This document shows positions 10,105 to 20,051 of a stretch of DNA of 64,000 nt, one piece after another (position 1 is the stretch's first letter; every line of letters starts with the position of its first letter). The stretch covers positions 76,796 to 140,795 of the forward strand of contig CAVQBK010000007.1 in assembly GCA_963710755.1 (NCBI GenBank), read 5' to 3'. Made by a program: the position numbers and the translations under genes. The stretch comes from an uncultured bacterium (GTDB lineage Bacteria > Oederibacteriota > JAAXVQ01 > JAUVAV01). The notes below the pieces were generated by a model. The model worked only from the letters and a program-made list of their open reading frames with translations, was not told the origin of the DNA and made no database searches.

Positions 10105-10896
10105 TTAATAGCTTTCCAGGGCGGTTTTGGTGAAATAAGCATTGGCTAGCGGCTTGTTGTAACTCACTTTGCTCAAGCTGACCACGGTTTGATGGTGCCG
10201 CTTGAGATCATGGAAGGTCATTTTCATAACGGTCCAGATGCCATTGATCTTTTCAATCCGGTTGGCTTCGAAAGTTTTAACCAGTTTGCCGTGCTTGTCA
10301 TAAAATTCGCCTTTAAGGGCCAAATAATCCAAGTCCTTGGCAAGCCAGCTTTTTCGGTAGCGGTACTGGGAATCCTGGGGTTTTTTGGGCGTGCTTTTAA
10401 GGATGTAGACCACCGGGTGGCCTTTGAAGGAGACCGTGCTGAGGAGCTCATGACGGTCGAGGTTGACCTCGCGACGTTCCATGTCTTCGTAGGTAATGTC
10501 GGAATTGACAAATTGTCCGTCTTTTTGAGTAGTCACAATACGGCGTACCCGTTTTAAAGCCGGCAGGTATATGAATTGATCGTCCGTGCCCTCATTGTCC
10601 CAGGATAAAAAACTGGTACCGGCAATGTCGGCCGGTGCACTGAACCGGATCAGGGTTTTGATCCGCTGGCCATAATCCTTGCTGTAGGAGGTGTAGGTTC
10701 TGGTTTTTTCTTTGCCGTGGCGGTCGACCAGCGTCATGGTGCCTTGAGCTTGAAAGGTTTTGCCGTCGTCGCGGTCGTAAGCGTGTTGAGCAATCGCCGC
10801 ACCCGTAGGGGCGGCCGAACTTAAACCCGTTCCCGAACAAAGCAGGGACAGGGCCCCGGCAATAACCATCAGCTCTTGTTTTCTGAAATTCATCAT
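10105..10896 (-). CDS. Outer-membrane lipoprotein-sorting protein (LolA-like)
   Basis: FSAPADIAGTSFL, DDQFIYLPALKRVRRI, FVNSDITYEDM, and a signal peptide. Confidence 0.9.
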   Translation of the reverse strand: MMNFRKQELMVIAGALSLLCSGTGLSSAAPTGAAIAQHAYDRDDGKTFQAQGTMTLVDRHGKEKTRTYTSYSKDYGQRIKTLIRFSAPADIAGTSFLSWDNEGTDDQFIYLPALKRVRRIVTTQKDGQFVNSDITYEDMERREVNLDRHELLSTVSFKGHPVVYILKSTPKKPQDSQYRYRKSWLAKDLDYLALKGEFYDKHGKLVKTFEANRIEKINGIWTVMKMTFHDLKRHHQTVVSLSKVSYNKPLANAYFTKTALESY

Positions 10897-13190
10897 TGTC
10901 CTCCCTCGATTGCTTTGGCCTCGAGTCTGACCCCGGACCTATTGGGCAGCAGGTTTAAAACCGCGGGCATAAATAAAAGATCTCCCATCAATGCAGTGAC
11001 CATGATGAGGGAGGTTAAAATACCAAATTGCACCACCGGCATCATAGTACCCATTACCGCCACCGCAAAGCCGCAGAAGAGTACCACCGACGTGGTGACC
11101 ACGGCCGGGCCTTTGACCATCATGGCCCGCTGAATGGCCTCGGTCGCGGGGATTCCGGCCTTACGTTCAGCTTGATAATGATATAACAAGTGGATGGTAT
11201 CATCAACCACTATGCCGAAGACCGTGGCCGAGATTAAAGCGGTGCCCGTGTTGAGGGGGATCTTAAGAAGGCCCATGATGCCGAAATTCAGCACCACCGG
11301 AAAGATATTGGGGATCAAACTGATGAAGCCGAGCTTCCATGAAAGAAACACCAAAAACAACAAAATCGAGATGGATACCACAGTCAGAATCAGGGTGATG
11401 ATTTGATTGCTCACCAATTCCTTGGCGATTTGAATGACTTCCGTGCCGGCATCGGTGACATGCACTTGGAGGTCCGGTGGCGGCGGATTTTTTTTCAAAT
11501 AATCTTGCATGGAGGCCACCTGCAGCCCAAGATCATGGCTGCCGTGGTAAATGGTGCGCATCAACAGGCGGGCTCGGCTGTAATCGGAGGTAATGTACTC
11601 GTCAATATCATCGGAATCGTACAAAAGCATATATTGGGCCACCAGGGCCCGGCTTTCGGGGATGCGGTAATAGGCCGGATCTTCGCCGTGAAAAGACTGA
11701 TTCATGTCCTTAATGAAATCGGCAAAAGACAACGTCTTTTTAATGTCAGGACGGGTGCGCATATAGGCCTGGACCCGGTCGAGATAATTTAAATTGACTG
11801 GTTCTTTAAACGCATCCTCCGGACCACTCAGGTCCAGGGACAGGGTGGAGACCGGTACCAGCTGACGGTCAATGAAGTCTGTGGCCGTGCGCACATCGGT
11901 GCCGGGTTTGAACCAGTCCACCAAATTGGTATCAATTGGAATACGCGGGATCAGTGCCAACGACAGGACCATGGCCGCCAGGTGCGCCCAAAACACGGGA
12001 CGGGCATGACGTTGTAAAAAGGCACCGAGCTTGATCATCCAGGACCTGAGCCGGTGATGGAGGTCTTCGCGCGGTGGGAAGGGCCGGCGCAACACCAGAC
12101 TCATCATGGCAGGTGCAAAACTGAAGGTGATGATAAAAATGAAGGCAATGCCTACGGCGGCTACGGCCCCGAATTCCCGGATCGGCGGGATATGACTGAT
12201 GGTCAGGGAGGAAAAACCGATGCCTGTGGTCAGCACCGTAAACAGGGAAGGCCGGTAAGTTTCCATGAGCGCCGCGATCATGGCCTCCCGCGGAGGTTGT
12301 GAGTGCTGGTAATGCTTGTAATGAGAAAAAATGTGGATCACGCTGGCCAGGCTGATGGCCATAATAATGGTCGGCGCCAGCCCGGTGAAATTGTTCATGG
12401 TGATATGGGCCAGACTCATGAACCCAAAGGTGCATACCATGGCCACACCCATGTTCAGGAAGGAGAGAAAGGCAATGCGCAAATTGAGAAAAATGAGCGC
12501 TGCAATAATGACCATGGCCACAAAGGAAACGGGGATGAAATGCTCCATATCCCGTACAATGGATTCGCCCAGACGGAGGTTGATGAAGCTCGGTCCGGCG
12601 ATATAAAAGTGAACTTTGTCCTGCGTCTGATAGGGTGCCAGCAAAGCGTTAACTTTTTTAAAAAGGTCGACTCGAAAATCCTCGTTTTGTTCGTTTATCA
12701 CCGGTTCCACCACGATGGCAGCTGTGCGGCCATCCTTGGAAATCAGGAGATTGCGGTACAGCGGATTGGCCAGGGCCACGGCCTTTTTTTCGGACAAGCT
12801 GTTGGGGTGGCTAGGTACTTGCTCCAGAAATTTTTTAACTTCAAAATAATCCCTGCCACCAATAATATCATCCACATTGGTCAGGCTATGCACTTGATCC
12901 ACAGTATCCCAGGAGGACAATTCGTCGGTCAACTGTTGGATCATAGTTAACCAGCGGGGCTGAAAAATGTCCTGTTCCTTGAAAACAATGACGAACATTT
13001 CTTCCACGCCGAATACTTTTTTAAAGTGTTTATAAAAGGTGATTTCCGCGTTGTTGTCCACCGTGACAAAGTCGATGTTGTTGGCGGTTTTAAGCTGGGG
13101 CAGGGCCAGCAGAAAGGGGAAGCTCAGCAGTAGGACAGCTGCGAGGGTCAGCAGAGGATGATATACAAAAAAGGTGAAAAGCTTCTTCAT
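10893..13190 (-). CDS. MMPL/RND family transporter
   Basis: Two TM repeats with large periplasmic loops. TTGIGFSSL...PPIREFG and GIVVDDTIH motifs. Confidence 0.92.
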   Translation of the reverse strand: MKKLFTFFVYHPLLTLAAVLLLSFPFLLALPQLKTANNIDFVTVDNNAEITFYKHFKKVFGVEEMFVIVFKEQDIFQPRWLTMIQQLTDELSSWDTVDQVHSLTNVDDIIGGRDYFEVKKFLEQVPSHPNSLSEKKAVALANPLYRNLLISKDGRTAAIVVEPVINEQNEDFRVDLFKKVNALLAPYQTQDKVHFYIAGPSFINLRLGESIVRDMEHFIPVSFVAMVIIAALIFLNLRIAFLSFLNMGVAMVCTFGFMSLAHITMNNFTGLAPTIIMAISLASVIHIFSHYKHYQHSQPPREAMIAALMETYRPSLFTVLTTGIGFSSLTISHIPPIREFGAVAAVGIAFIFIITFSFAPAMMSLVLRRPFPPREDLHHRLRSWMIKLGAFLQRHARPVFWAHLAAMVLSLALIPRIPIDTNLVDWFKPGTDVRTATDFIDRQLVPVSTLSLDLSGPEDAFKEPVNLNYLDRVQAYMRTRPDIKKTLSFADFIKDMNQSFHGEDPAYYRIPESRALVAQYMLLYDSDDIDEYITSDYSRARLLMRTIYHGSHDLGLQVASMQDYLKKNPPPPDLQVHVTDAGTEVIQIAKELVSNQIITLILTVVSISILLFLVFLSWKLGFISLIPNIFPVVLNFGIMGLLKIPLNTGTALISATVFGIVVDDTIHLLYHYQAERKAGIPATEAIQRAMMVKGPAVVTTSVVLFCGFAVAVMGTMMPVVQFGILTSLIMVTALMGDLLFMPAVLNLLPNRSGVRLEAKAIEGGQ

Positions 13191-13352
13191 GGGCTAAGCG
13201 GCGCATCCTTCACGAAATCGGTAGTGTGATTATAGCCTAATAAGTATCGGCTGAAAACGGGAAAAATTGTTTCTTTTCATTTCGGTTGATCAATCGGGCT
13301 GATCATGAGACATTAGAAAAGTTGGCCATAAAATGTACAAGGAGGCCTTGCC

Positions 13353-13826
13353 ATGAGCGAATTAAAAGTCGGCGATAAAGCCCCGGAGTTCACGCTTAAT
13401 GACCAGGACAACCAAAAGGTGCGCCTCAAGGATTTTAAAGGCAAGTTTGTGGTACTCTATTTTTATCCCAAAGATGACACCCCGGGTTGCACTCAAGAAG
13501 CCTGTGATTTTCGCGACTATACCAAAGATTTTACCCGCCTGGATGTGGTGATTTTCGGGATCTCCAAGGATCCGGAAGCCAGTCATGTTAAATTTATCGA
13601 AAAATACGGTCTGCCTTTCAGCCTTCTCTCCGACCATGATACCAAAGTCATGCAGCAATACGGCGTCTGGAGGGAGAAAAACATGATGGGCAAAGTGTCC
13701 ATGGGCGTTGTACGCTCCACCTTTATCATCAATCCTCTGGGCCGGATCATAAAAATCTATGACAAAGTCAAAGTGGCCGGTCATGTGGCCAAGGTGTTGC
13801 AGGAATTGAAGGAGGAACTGCGCTGA
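13353..13826 (+). CDS. bcp: Thioredoxin-dependent peroxiredoxin Bcp
   Basis: LYFYPKDDTPGCTQEACDFRD and RSTFII. Confidence 0.96.
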   Translation: MSELKVGDKAPEFTLNDQDNQKVRLKDFKGKFVVLYFYPKDDTPGCTQEACDFRDYTKDFTRLDVVIFGISKDPEASHVKFIEKYGLPFSLLSDHDTKVMQQYGVWREKNMMGKVSMGVVRSTFIINPLGRIIKIYDKVKVAGHVAKVLQELKEELR

Positions 13827-14905
13827 TGTTGCGTGAAATGATTGAAAAACTGGTCAGGCTTCAGGATCTGGGTCAGGACGATGCCCGCCGGGCCATGGAG
13901 ACCATTATGGCCGGCAAGGCAACGGACGCTCAGATTGCTGCCTTTATCACGGCCCTGCGTATGAAAGGCGAGAGCATTGATGAAATTACAGGCGCGGTCC
14001 TGGCCATGCGTGCCGCCGCCGCGACCATCAAGGTCAAAGGTACGCTGGTGGAGATCAGCCAGGACGATGCGGTTCAGGCCATGGAAACCATTGTAGATAC
14101 ATGCGGCACAGGCGGAGATTGCACCAATACATTTAATATTTCTACAGCCGTGGCCCTGGTGGTGGCTGGGTGCGGCTTGACCGTGGCCAAGCACGGTAAC
14201 CGTTCCGTGTCGTCCAAATCGGGCAGTGCCGATGTGTTGGAAGCCTGCGGTGTGGCCATCAATCTCTCGCCTTTGCAGGTCCAAACGTGCATTCAGGAGA
14301 TCGGTCTGGGTTTTATGTTTGCCCCCACTTTTCATCCGGCCATGAAATATGCCATTGGTGTGCGCCGGGAGATCGGCATTCGCACCATCTTTAATATTCT
14401 TGGGCCGCTGTGCAATCCGGCCAATGCCAATGTCCATATTCTGGGTGTCTATGACGAAGCCTTGACCGAACCATTGGCCATGGTGTTGAGCCGCGTTGGC
14501 GTGAAACGTGCCCTGGTGGTGCACGGAACGGGCGGACTGGATGAATTCTCTCTGTTGGGGCCCACCAAGGTGAGCCGCATTAACCCTGATGGAGACGGGG
14601 TCAGCACCTTTTCCATCACGCCCGAGGAAGTCGGATTACAGACTTGTGAACTCAAAGCTCTGCAGGGCGGCAATGCCGCCGAGAATGCAGCCATTATCAA
14701 TGCTATTTTGGACGGCCAACCAGGAGCAAAAACCGACGCCGTGCTGCTCAATGCCGGAGCGGTACTGTGGGTGGCCGGCAGGACCAGTACTCTGGCTGAA
14801 GGCGTCAGCTATGCCCGCCAAGGATTGGGCAGCGGTCAGGCCAAGGCCAAGCTGGAACAACTGGTGGCCTTAACCAACCGCCTGGCCCACCCTGAAGAAG
14901 GGTGA
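13826..14905 (+). CDS. trpD: Anthranilate phosphoribosyltransferase
   Basis: DTCGTGGD, FNISTA, KHGNRSVSSKSGSAD, RTIFNILGPLCNP. TGATG overlap with bcp. Confidence 0.97.
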   Translation: MLREMIEKLVRLQDLGQDDARRAMETIMAGKATDAQIAAFITALRMKGESIDEITGAVLAMRAAAATIKVKGTLVEISQDDAVQAMETIVDTCGTGGDCTNTFNISTAVALVVAGCGLTVAKHGNRSVSSKSGSADVLEACGVAINLSPLQVQTCIQEIGLGFMFAPTFHPAMKYAIGVRREIGIRTIFNILGPLCNPANANVHILGVYDEALTEPLAMVLSRVGVKRALVVHGTGGLDEFSLLGPTKVSRINPDGDGVSTFSITPEEVGLQTCELKALQGGNAAENAAIINAILDGQPGAKTDAVLLNAGAVLWVAGRTSTLAEGVSYARQGLGSGQAKAKLEQLVALTNRLAHPEEG

Positions 14906-15016
14906 GCTTAAGTCTTTGACGGCCGACGTCGCCAATAAGCCTGTATTGTATTGCCGGATTTGCCTTGCCAGAAGCCGGAACCTTATCTTTTACCCCATAA
15001 TGTAAGGAGACGACCA

Positions 15017-17575
15017 ATGAAATTTCTGAAGACCTACAATGTAGTTCCGACCCTTCCGGAAAAACTGAATGCACTCAAAACCTTAGCCTACAATTATTGG
15101 TGGTGCTGGAATGCCCAAGGCTTCAATATTTTCCGCCACATGGCCCCGGAGCTTTGGACCCAATGCGAACACAATCCCGCACTCTTTCTTAGCCGCATCT
15201 CGCAAGAGCGATTGGAAGAGTTGACCAGTGATGAAGGCTTTTTGTACAACCTGGAAATGGTGATCAAAGACTTGCAGACTTACTTGCAGCGTAAAAGCTG
15301 GTTTGAATCCATATGGGAAAAAGACAAACATTTCCAAGTGGCTTATTTTTCAGCGGAATTCGGTATCAGCGAAGGCCTGCCTATTTATTCCGGCGGCTTG
15401 GGGGTGCTTGCTGGTGACCACTTAAAATCGGCCAGTGATTTGGGTATTCCTCTGGTAGGCATGGGCTTGGCGTACCGGCAGGGCTATTTCCGGCAATACC
15501 TGAATCAGGACGGGCTGCAGCAGGAACGGTATGTGGAAAATGACTTTTACAACATGCCTCTAATCCTGGTCACTGATGACAGCAACCAAGCCATCAAAGT
15601 CACCCTGCAGCTGCCGGGGCGGGAATTGACCGTGCAAATCTGGAAAGTGCTGGTGGGACGGGTGCCGTTGTATTTGCTGGATACCAATTTGCCGGAGAAT
15701 ACGCCCGATGACCGGGGTATCACCAGCCAGTTGTACGGCGGGGACAAGGAAATGCGTATCAAACAGGAAATGGTGTTGGGCGTCGGCGGTATCAGAGCCT
15801 TGGAAAAGTTGGGTCTGCTTCCCTGCGTCACCCACATGAACGAAGGGCACAGCGCCTTCCTGGGATTGGAACGCATACGTTATCATATGAAACAGGACCA
15901 GCTCTCCTATTCGGAAGCCAGGGAACTGGTAGCCGGCAGCACCATCTTTACCACGCATACGCCTGTGCCTGCGGGCATTGACCTGTTTGCACCGGAGATG
16001 CTCAAAGCCTATTTGTCACCACTGCAGACGGAACTGGGGATTGATGACAAAACCCTGCTCGGTCTGGGCAGAGGCAACATCGAAGATATGCACGAGCCTT
16101 TTTCCATGGCCATTCTAGCCTTGAACCTTTCCACCAAAGCCAATGCGGTGGCCAAATTACACGGGGTGGTATCCCGGAAAATGTGGGGGCACTTGTGGCC
16201 CACTTTGCCGGAGGAAGAGATTCCCATTACCCACATCACCAATGGCGTGCATGCCAATTCCTGGATCTCTCTGGAAATGTCCGAATTGTTTCAACGCTAT
16301 CTGGGACCGCGGTGGGTGGAGGAACCGGGGGATCAGCGTATTTGGGAACGGGTGCTGGCCATTCCTTCGGCGGAATTATGGCGCACCCATGAACGCCGCC
16401 GGGAACGGCTGGTGGGTTATGTGCGCCGCCGGCTCAAAGAGCAGTTGAAGTCACGGGGCGTGGCGGAACATGAAATGGAGATCGCCTCTCAGGTACTCGA
16501 TCCGGAAGCCCTGACCATTGGCTTTGCGCGGCGTTTTGCCACCTATAAACGGGCCACGTTAATTTTCCGGGATATCGAACGCTTTATTAATCTGGTCACC
16601 AATAAAAACCGTCCCGTGCAGTTCCTCTTTGCCGGCAAAGCCCATCCTCACGATGAACCGGGTAAGCGCTTGATCCAGGAGATTGTCCACTTCGCTCGCC
16701 GGCCGGAATTAAGACGGCATGTGGTGTTTGTCGAGGATTATGATCTTAATTGTGCCCATTATCTGCTGCAGGGGGTGGACGTCTGGCTCAACAATCCGCG
16801 CCGTCCTCTGGAGGCTTCGGGTACCTCAGGTATGAAAGCCATCTTTAACGGCGGCCTTAACTGTTCGATTCTTGATGGCTGGTGGGACGAAGGCTACAAC
16901 GGCGAGAACGGTTGGGCCATCGGCCGCGGCGAAGAATACGACGATTTGGAATACCAGAACAAGGTGGAAAGCGCTTCGCTCTATCAGATTCTGGAGAATG
17001 AAATCATTCCGCTTTTTTATGACCGCGGGCCCGACAATATTCCCGAGAATTGGATTAAAAAAATAAAAAAATCCATGACCTCCCTGGGGCCGGTGTTCAA
17101 TACCAACCGTATGGTCTCGGAGTACACGGAAAATCTTTACATCGAACAGATGGAACGGCTGCACAAACTAAAAGCCGATAATTGCAGTGCTGTCAAATTC
17201 TATGCCGCCTGGAAGGATAAGGTCTATAAATCATGGGACAAAGTGGCTGTGGAAAAAGTGACGGCCGAGGATTCCAAGGAATTTGAAGTGGGCAGTACGG
17301 TCAAGGTTAATGCCACGGTGGTACTGGGTCAGCTCACACCGGAAGATGTACAGGTGGAAATTGTCTTTGGCCGGGTGGATGGTAATTATAATATGGTGAA
17401 CACCGATACAGTCACCATGCAACCCGTTGGCAAAGTCGAGGGCAAGCGTCTTAATTATGAAGGTATGATTCCCTGCGATTACAGTGGTAATTTCGGGTTA
17501 ACCGTCAGGATCCTGCCCAAGAACGAGTTGCAGTCGCACCGCTTTGAAACCAGCCTGATTACATGGGGGCAGTAA
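15017..17575 (+). CDS. glgP: Alpha-glucan (glycogen) phosphorylase
   Basis: YFSAEFG, YSGGLGVLAGDH, HMNEGH, ARRFATYKR and the PLP motif EASGTSGMKA. AGGAGA RBS before ATG 15017. Confidence 0.97.
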   Translation: MKFLKTYNVVPTLPEKLNALKTLAYNYWWCWNAQGFNIFRHMAPELWTQCEHNPALFLSRISQERLEELTSDEGFLYNLEMVIKDLQTYLQRKSWFESIWEKDKHFQVAYFSAEFGISEGLPIYSGGLGVLAGDHLKSASDLGIPLVGMGLAYRQGYFRQYLNQDGLQQERYVENDFYNMPLILVTDDSNQAIKVTLQLPGRELTVQIWKVLVGRVPLYLLDTNLPENTPDDRGITSQLYGGDKEMRIKQEMVLGVGGIRALEKLGLLPCVTHMNEGHSAFLGLERIRYHMKQDQLSYSEARELVAGSTIFTTHTPVPAGIDLFAPEMLKAYLSPLQTELGIDDKTLLGLGRGNIEDMHEPFSMAILALNLSTKANAVAKLHGVVSRKMWGHLWPTLPEEEIPITHITNGVHANSWISLEMSELFQRYLGPRWVEEPGDQRIWERVLAIPSAELWRTHERRRERLVGYVRRRLKEQLKSRGVAEHEMEIASQVLDPEALTIGFARRFATYKRATLIFRDIERFINLVTNKNRPVQFLFAGKAHPHDEPGKRLIQEIVHFARRPELRRHVVFVEDYDLNCAHYLLQGVDVWLNNPRRPLEASGTSGMKAIFNGGLNCSILDGWWDEGYNGENGWAIGRGEEYDDLEYQNKVESASLYQILENEIIPLFYDRGPDNIPENWIKKIKKSMTSLGPVFNTNRMVSEYTENLYIEQMERLHKLKADNCSAVKFYAAWKDKVYKSWDKVAVEKVTAEDSKEFEVGSTVKVNATVVLGQLTPEDVQVEIVFGRVDGNYNMVNTDTVTMQPVGKVEGKRLNYEGMIPCDYSGNFGLTVRILPKNELQSHRFETSLITWGQ

Positions 17576-17623
17576 GTCGGAGAAAGCCCTGGCTTGTGGA
17601 AACCGGGTGAACACATCTTTGGC

Positions 17624-17651
17624 GTAGGGAACGGTTGCGACCGTTCCCTAC
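17624..17651. repeat. GTAG-type REP-like palindrome, probably also a bidirectional terminator
   Basis: GTAGGGAACGGT-TGCG-ACCGTTCCCTAC: perfect 12-bp arms between convergent glgP and the RNA methyltransferase gene. Confidence 0.8.
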
Positions 17652-17675
17652 CAGCCGGTTTATAATCCTGTCCTG

Positions 17676-18389
17676 TTATCCCAGGCGTTCAAGAAACCGC
17701 AATAGTTTTAAAAGAATCTGATTCTCGCGGTGGCTCAGAGTCCGTTTCTCAAAGAGATATTTGACCTTGCGGGTGAAGTCAGGCAACCTGGCCGGCGGTT
17801 GATAATCACATTTTTGCAGCAATTGATCAAGCAGATCAAAGGTCACCTGTTTTTCCTGGAAAGTGGCCAGATGCGCCCATTCCGGGGAAGGAATGAGGTC
17901 GTCGCGATGCTCAGCTTGAAACCATTCATAGAGATAAAGTAATACCGCCTGTCCCAGGTTAAGACTGCCTTCTTGGGCTGTGGGAATAGTGGAGGCCGTA
18001 TCACACAGGAAAATTTCTTCATTGGTCAAACCGGCCCGTTCAGCACCAAAAACCAAGGCGCAGGGCTGTTGGGTGCCCAGGGTCACCAGTTTTTCCGCAG
18101 CCTGTTGCGGGGACAAGGGTGGAAGTTTGACCCGTCGCACGCGCCGGGAAGTGGCCACGGCAAACACGCAGTCCGCCAAGGCTTCACGCAAGGTGTTATA
18201 AACACGCAGCTGATCCAGCACCGGCCTGCCATGGCAAGCTACCTTGGCGGCGATGGTAGGGTCATAGTCTTGGGGAGCAACCAAGCGCAGCTGAGTCAGC
18301 CCGAAATTGGCCATGGCTCTGGCCGCAGCCCCGATGTTTTCCGCAATTTGCGGTCTAACCAAAACAACATTTAAAGATGATGATGACAT
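17676..18389 (-). CDS. TrmJ/LasT family SPOUT RNA methyltransferase
   Basis: ENIGAAARAMANFG, LVFGAERAGLTNEE, SLNLGQAV. Confidence 0.92.
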   Translation of the reverse strand: MSSSSLNVVLVRPQIAENIGAAARAMANFGLTQLRLVAPQDYDPTIAAKVACHGRPVLDQLRVYNTLREALADCVFAVATSRRVRRVKLPPLSPQQAAEKLVTLGTQQPCALVFGAERAGLTNEEIFLCDTASTIPTAQEGSLNLGQAVLLYLYEWFQAEHRDDLIPSPEWAHLATFQEKQVTFDLLDQLLQKCDYQPPARLPDFTRKVKYLFEKRTLSHRENQILLKLLRFLERLG

Positions 18390-18829
18390 GGGATGGTCTC
18401 GCCTGTAATTAAGTTGGTCTTATTGTACATGATGCCAAGCAGAAAGCCAAACCCGATCATGAAGTTTTTGCTGCAGCTTATACCAAGGCGCAAAATCTGG
18501 TAGGGATTCAACACGTTAAAGCCCGGTGAAAAGGATGGAGTTATTTTCGGCTAAAGAGTACAGGTATGGTGGTGCCCTATAGAAGCAATTTCTTTCATGC
18601 CTTAAAAAGCCATAAAAATTATGGCAACTTTAGGCGCTCTTGGTTACAATAAGAATATGACCGATAGCATTCTTAAAACCCTCAGAAATGGTTTCCCGCA
18701 ATGCCCGCAATCTCCCGGGCCGTTCACAACCCAACATGGTTACTATCCGGCACAACCCTTAAAAGAGCATGGTAATCGCAACCCCATTCAGTGCCGGGTG
18801 GTACACTAGAATGCAAAGGAGGAACAACG

Positions 18830-19936
18830 ATGGAGAAGTATCAAATTGACCAGAGTTTCCGATTGGAGCCAACCTTTGGCCTGGAAGATTGGAAAGCCTT
18901 TCTCGCCTCGGTTATTGACCAGATGGCTTACGATGAAGATACATTGTTTGAGATGGTGACGGAAGACAGTCAATTAAGGCGTCGGTTAGATGAAGTGCCC
19001 TGGGGCGAATTATCCGGTTATCTGACCCCGGCGCTGTGGGATAGCTTCCATCAAATGGTGCTCAGCAATCACTGGATTAAAGGCATGAACATCAAATTCC
19101 ATCTGGTTAAAAGGCCGGATCACCTTAACCTGAGCATCAAGTGCGGCTTGGATGACATGGCCCAACGGCAGATGCTGGAAGATAAAATTCAATATTTGCT
19201 GATAGCGGCGCAATCTCCCAAAGGTATGTCCGGGCCCACGGTGGAGGATTTGGAAGCTTTATTCGGAGCTATGCTGCTCACCGAATCAGTGGCCGCCAAA
19301 ACTAAAAATTCCTTTATGAAGGGGGACATGCAGAGCTGCCTTAAAGCAGCCAAGGACATAATTCTGGACGCGTTGTTTAGCAAGACCGGCATAAGCCGTG
19401 GGCGTACTTTTGAGGTGATAAACCTCTTTACCCAGCAAACACCCTATCTGCTCCTGCCCAACTTATCCGGCCCTCGTCTGCGCGACGAGTTGGAAGGTCT
19501 GGCTCATTTGCTGGTGGGTACAGTGTCGGTAATGAAGGCTATCCTTGATTACAAGGATCATGTTCTCAAGGAACCGCCTCAAATATTGAAGTATCTGGTG
19601 CTGACCAGCATGATCATGGATCGTTTTGAAAATACGGTCAAAAACCCGGCTTATCATGAAGCTGAGCAGGAGGCTGTGGTCATGACCCCTGCACCGGTGA
19701 AAAAGAAAACAGTAGTAAAGAAGAAAACCAAGGTCACGAAAAAAAGCAAGCCCCTTAGCCGGACCGGTAAAAAGACTTTGGCTCCCAAACCCAAAGGTGC
19801 GGTCAAAAAAGCGGCTGTCAAAAAAAAGACCAAGACAATAAAATCAGCTGCTAAAGCAGGATTGAAAAAAAGCACCAAAACCAGCCGTAAGCCAAAAGCG
19901 GTATCACGCCGAACCAGGTCGTCCAAACGGGCCTAA
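18830..19936 (+). CDS. Hypothetical protein with degenerate TIGR02391/Ymh-like (HEPN) domain and Lys-rich histone-like tail
   Basis: AAGGAGG RBS. Central domain follows the Ymh pattern (F..GD...LKAAK...TG...F....PYL...DELEGLAHLLVG). The last ~80 aa are K/A/T-rich. Confidence 0.6.
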   Translation: MEKYQIDQSFRLEPTFGLEDWKAFLASVIDQMAYDEDTLFEMVTEDSQLRRRLDEVPWGELSGYLTPALWDSFHQMVLSNHWIKGMNIKFHLVKRPDHLNLSIKCGLDDMAQRQMLEDKIQYLLIAAQSPKGMSGPTVEDLEALFGAMLLTESVAAKTKNSFMKGDMQSCLKAAKDIILDALFSKTGISRGRTFEVINLFTQQTPYLLLPNLSGPRLRDELEGLAHLLVGTVSVMKAILDYKDHVLKEPPQILKYLVLTSMIMDRFENTVKNPAYHEAEQEAVVMTPAPVKKKTVVKKKTKVTKKSKPLSRTGKKTLAPKPKGAVKKAAVKKKTKTIKSAAKAGLKKSTKTSRKPKAVSRRTRSSKRA

Positions 19937-20051
19937 AAACTACCGGCTTATGACCGGCACTGTACTTTGCTTGAGCAGACCCTGAGGCCGGGCATGGCCG
20001 TAGCCAGAGGGCTTTGCCCCGAGCCCGGGGGACTTTTATTGAGGGAAGACG

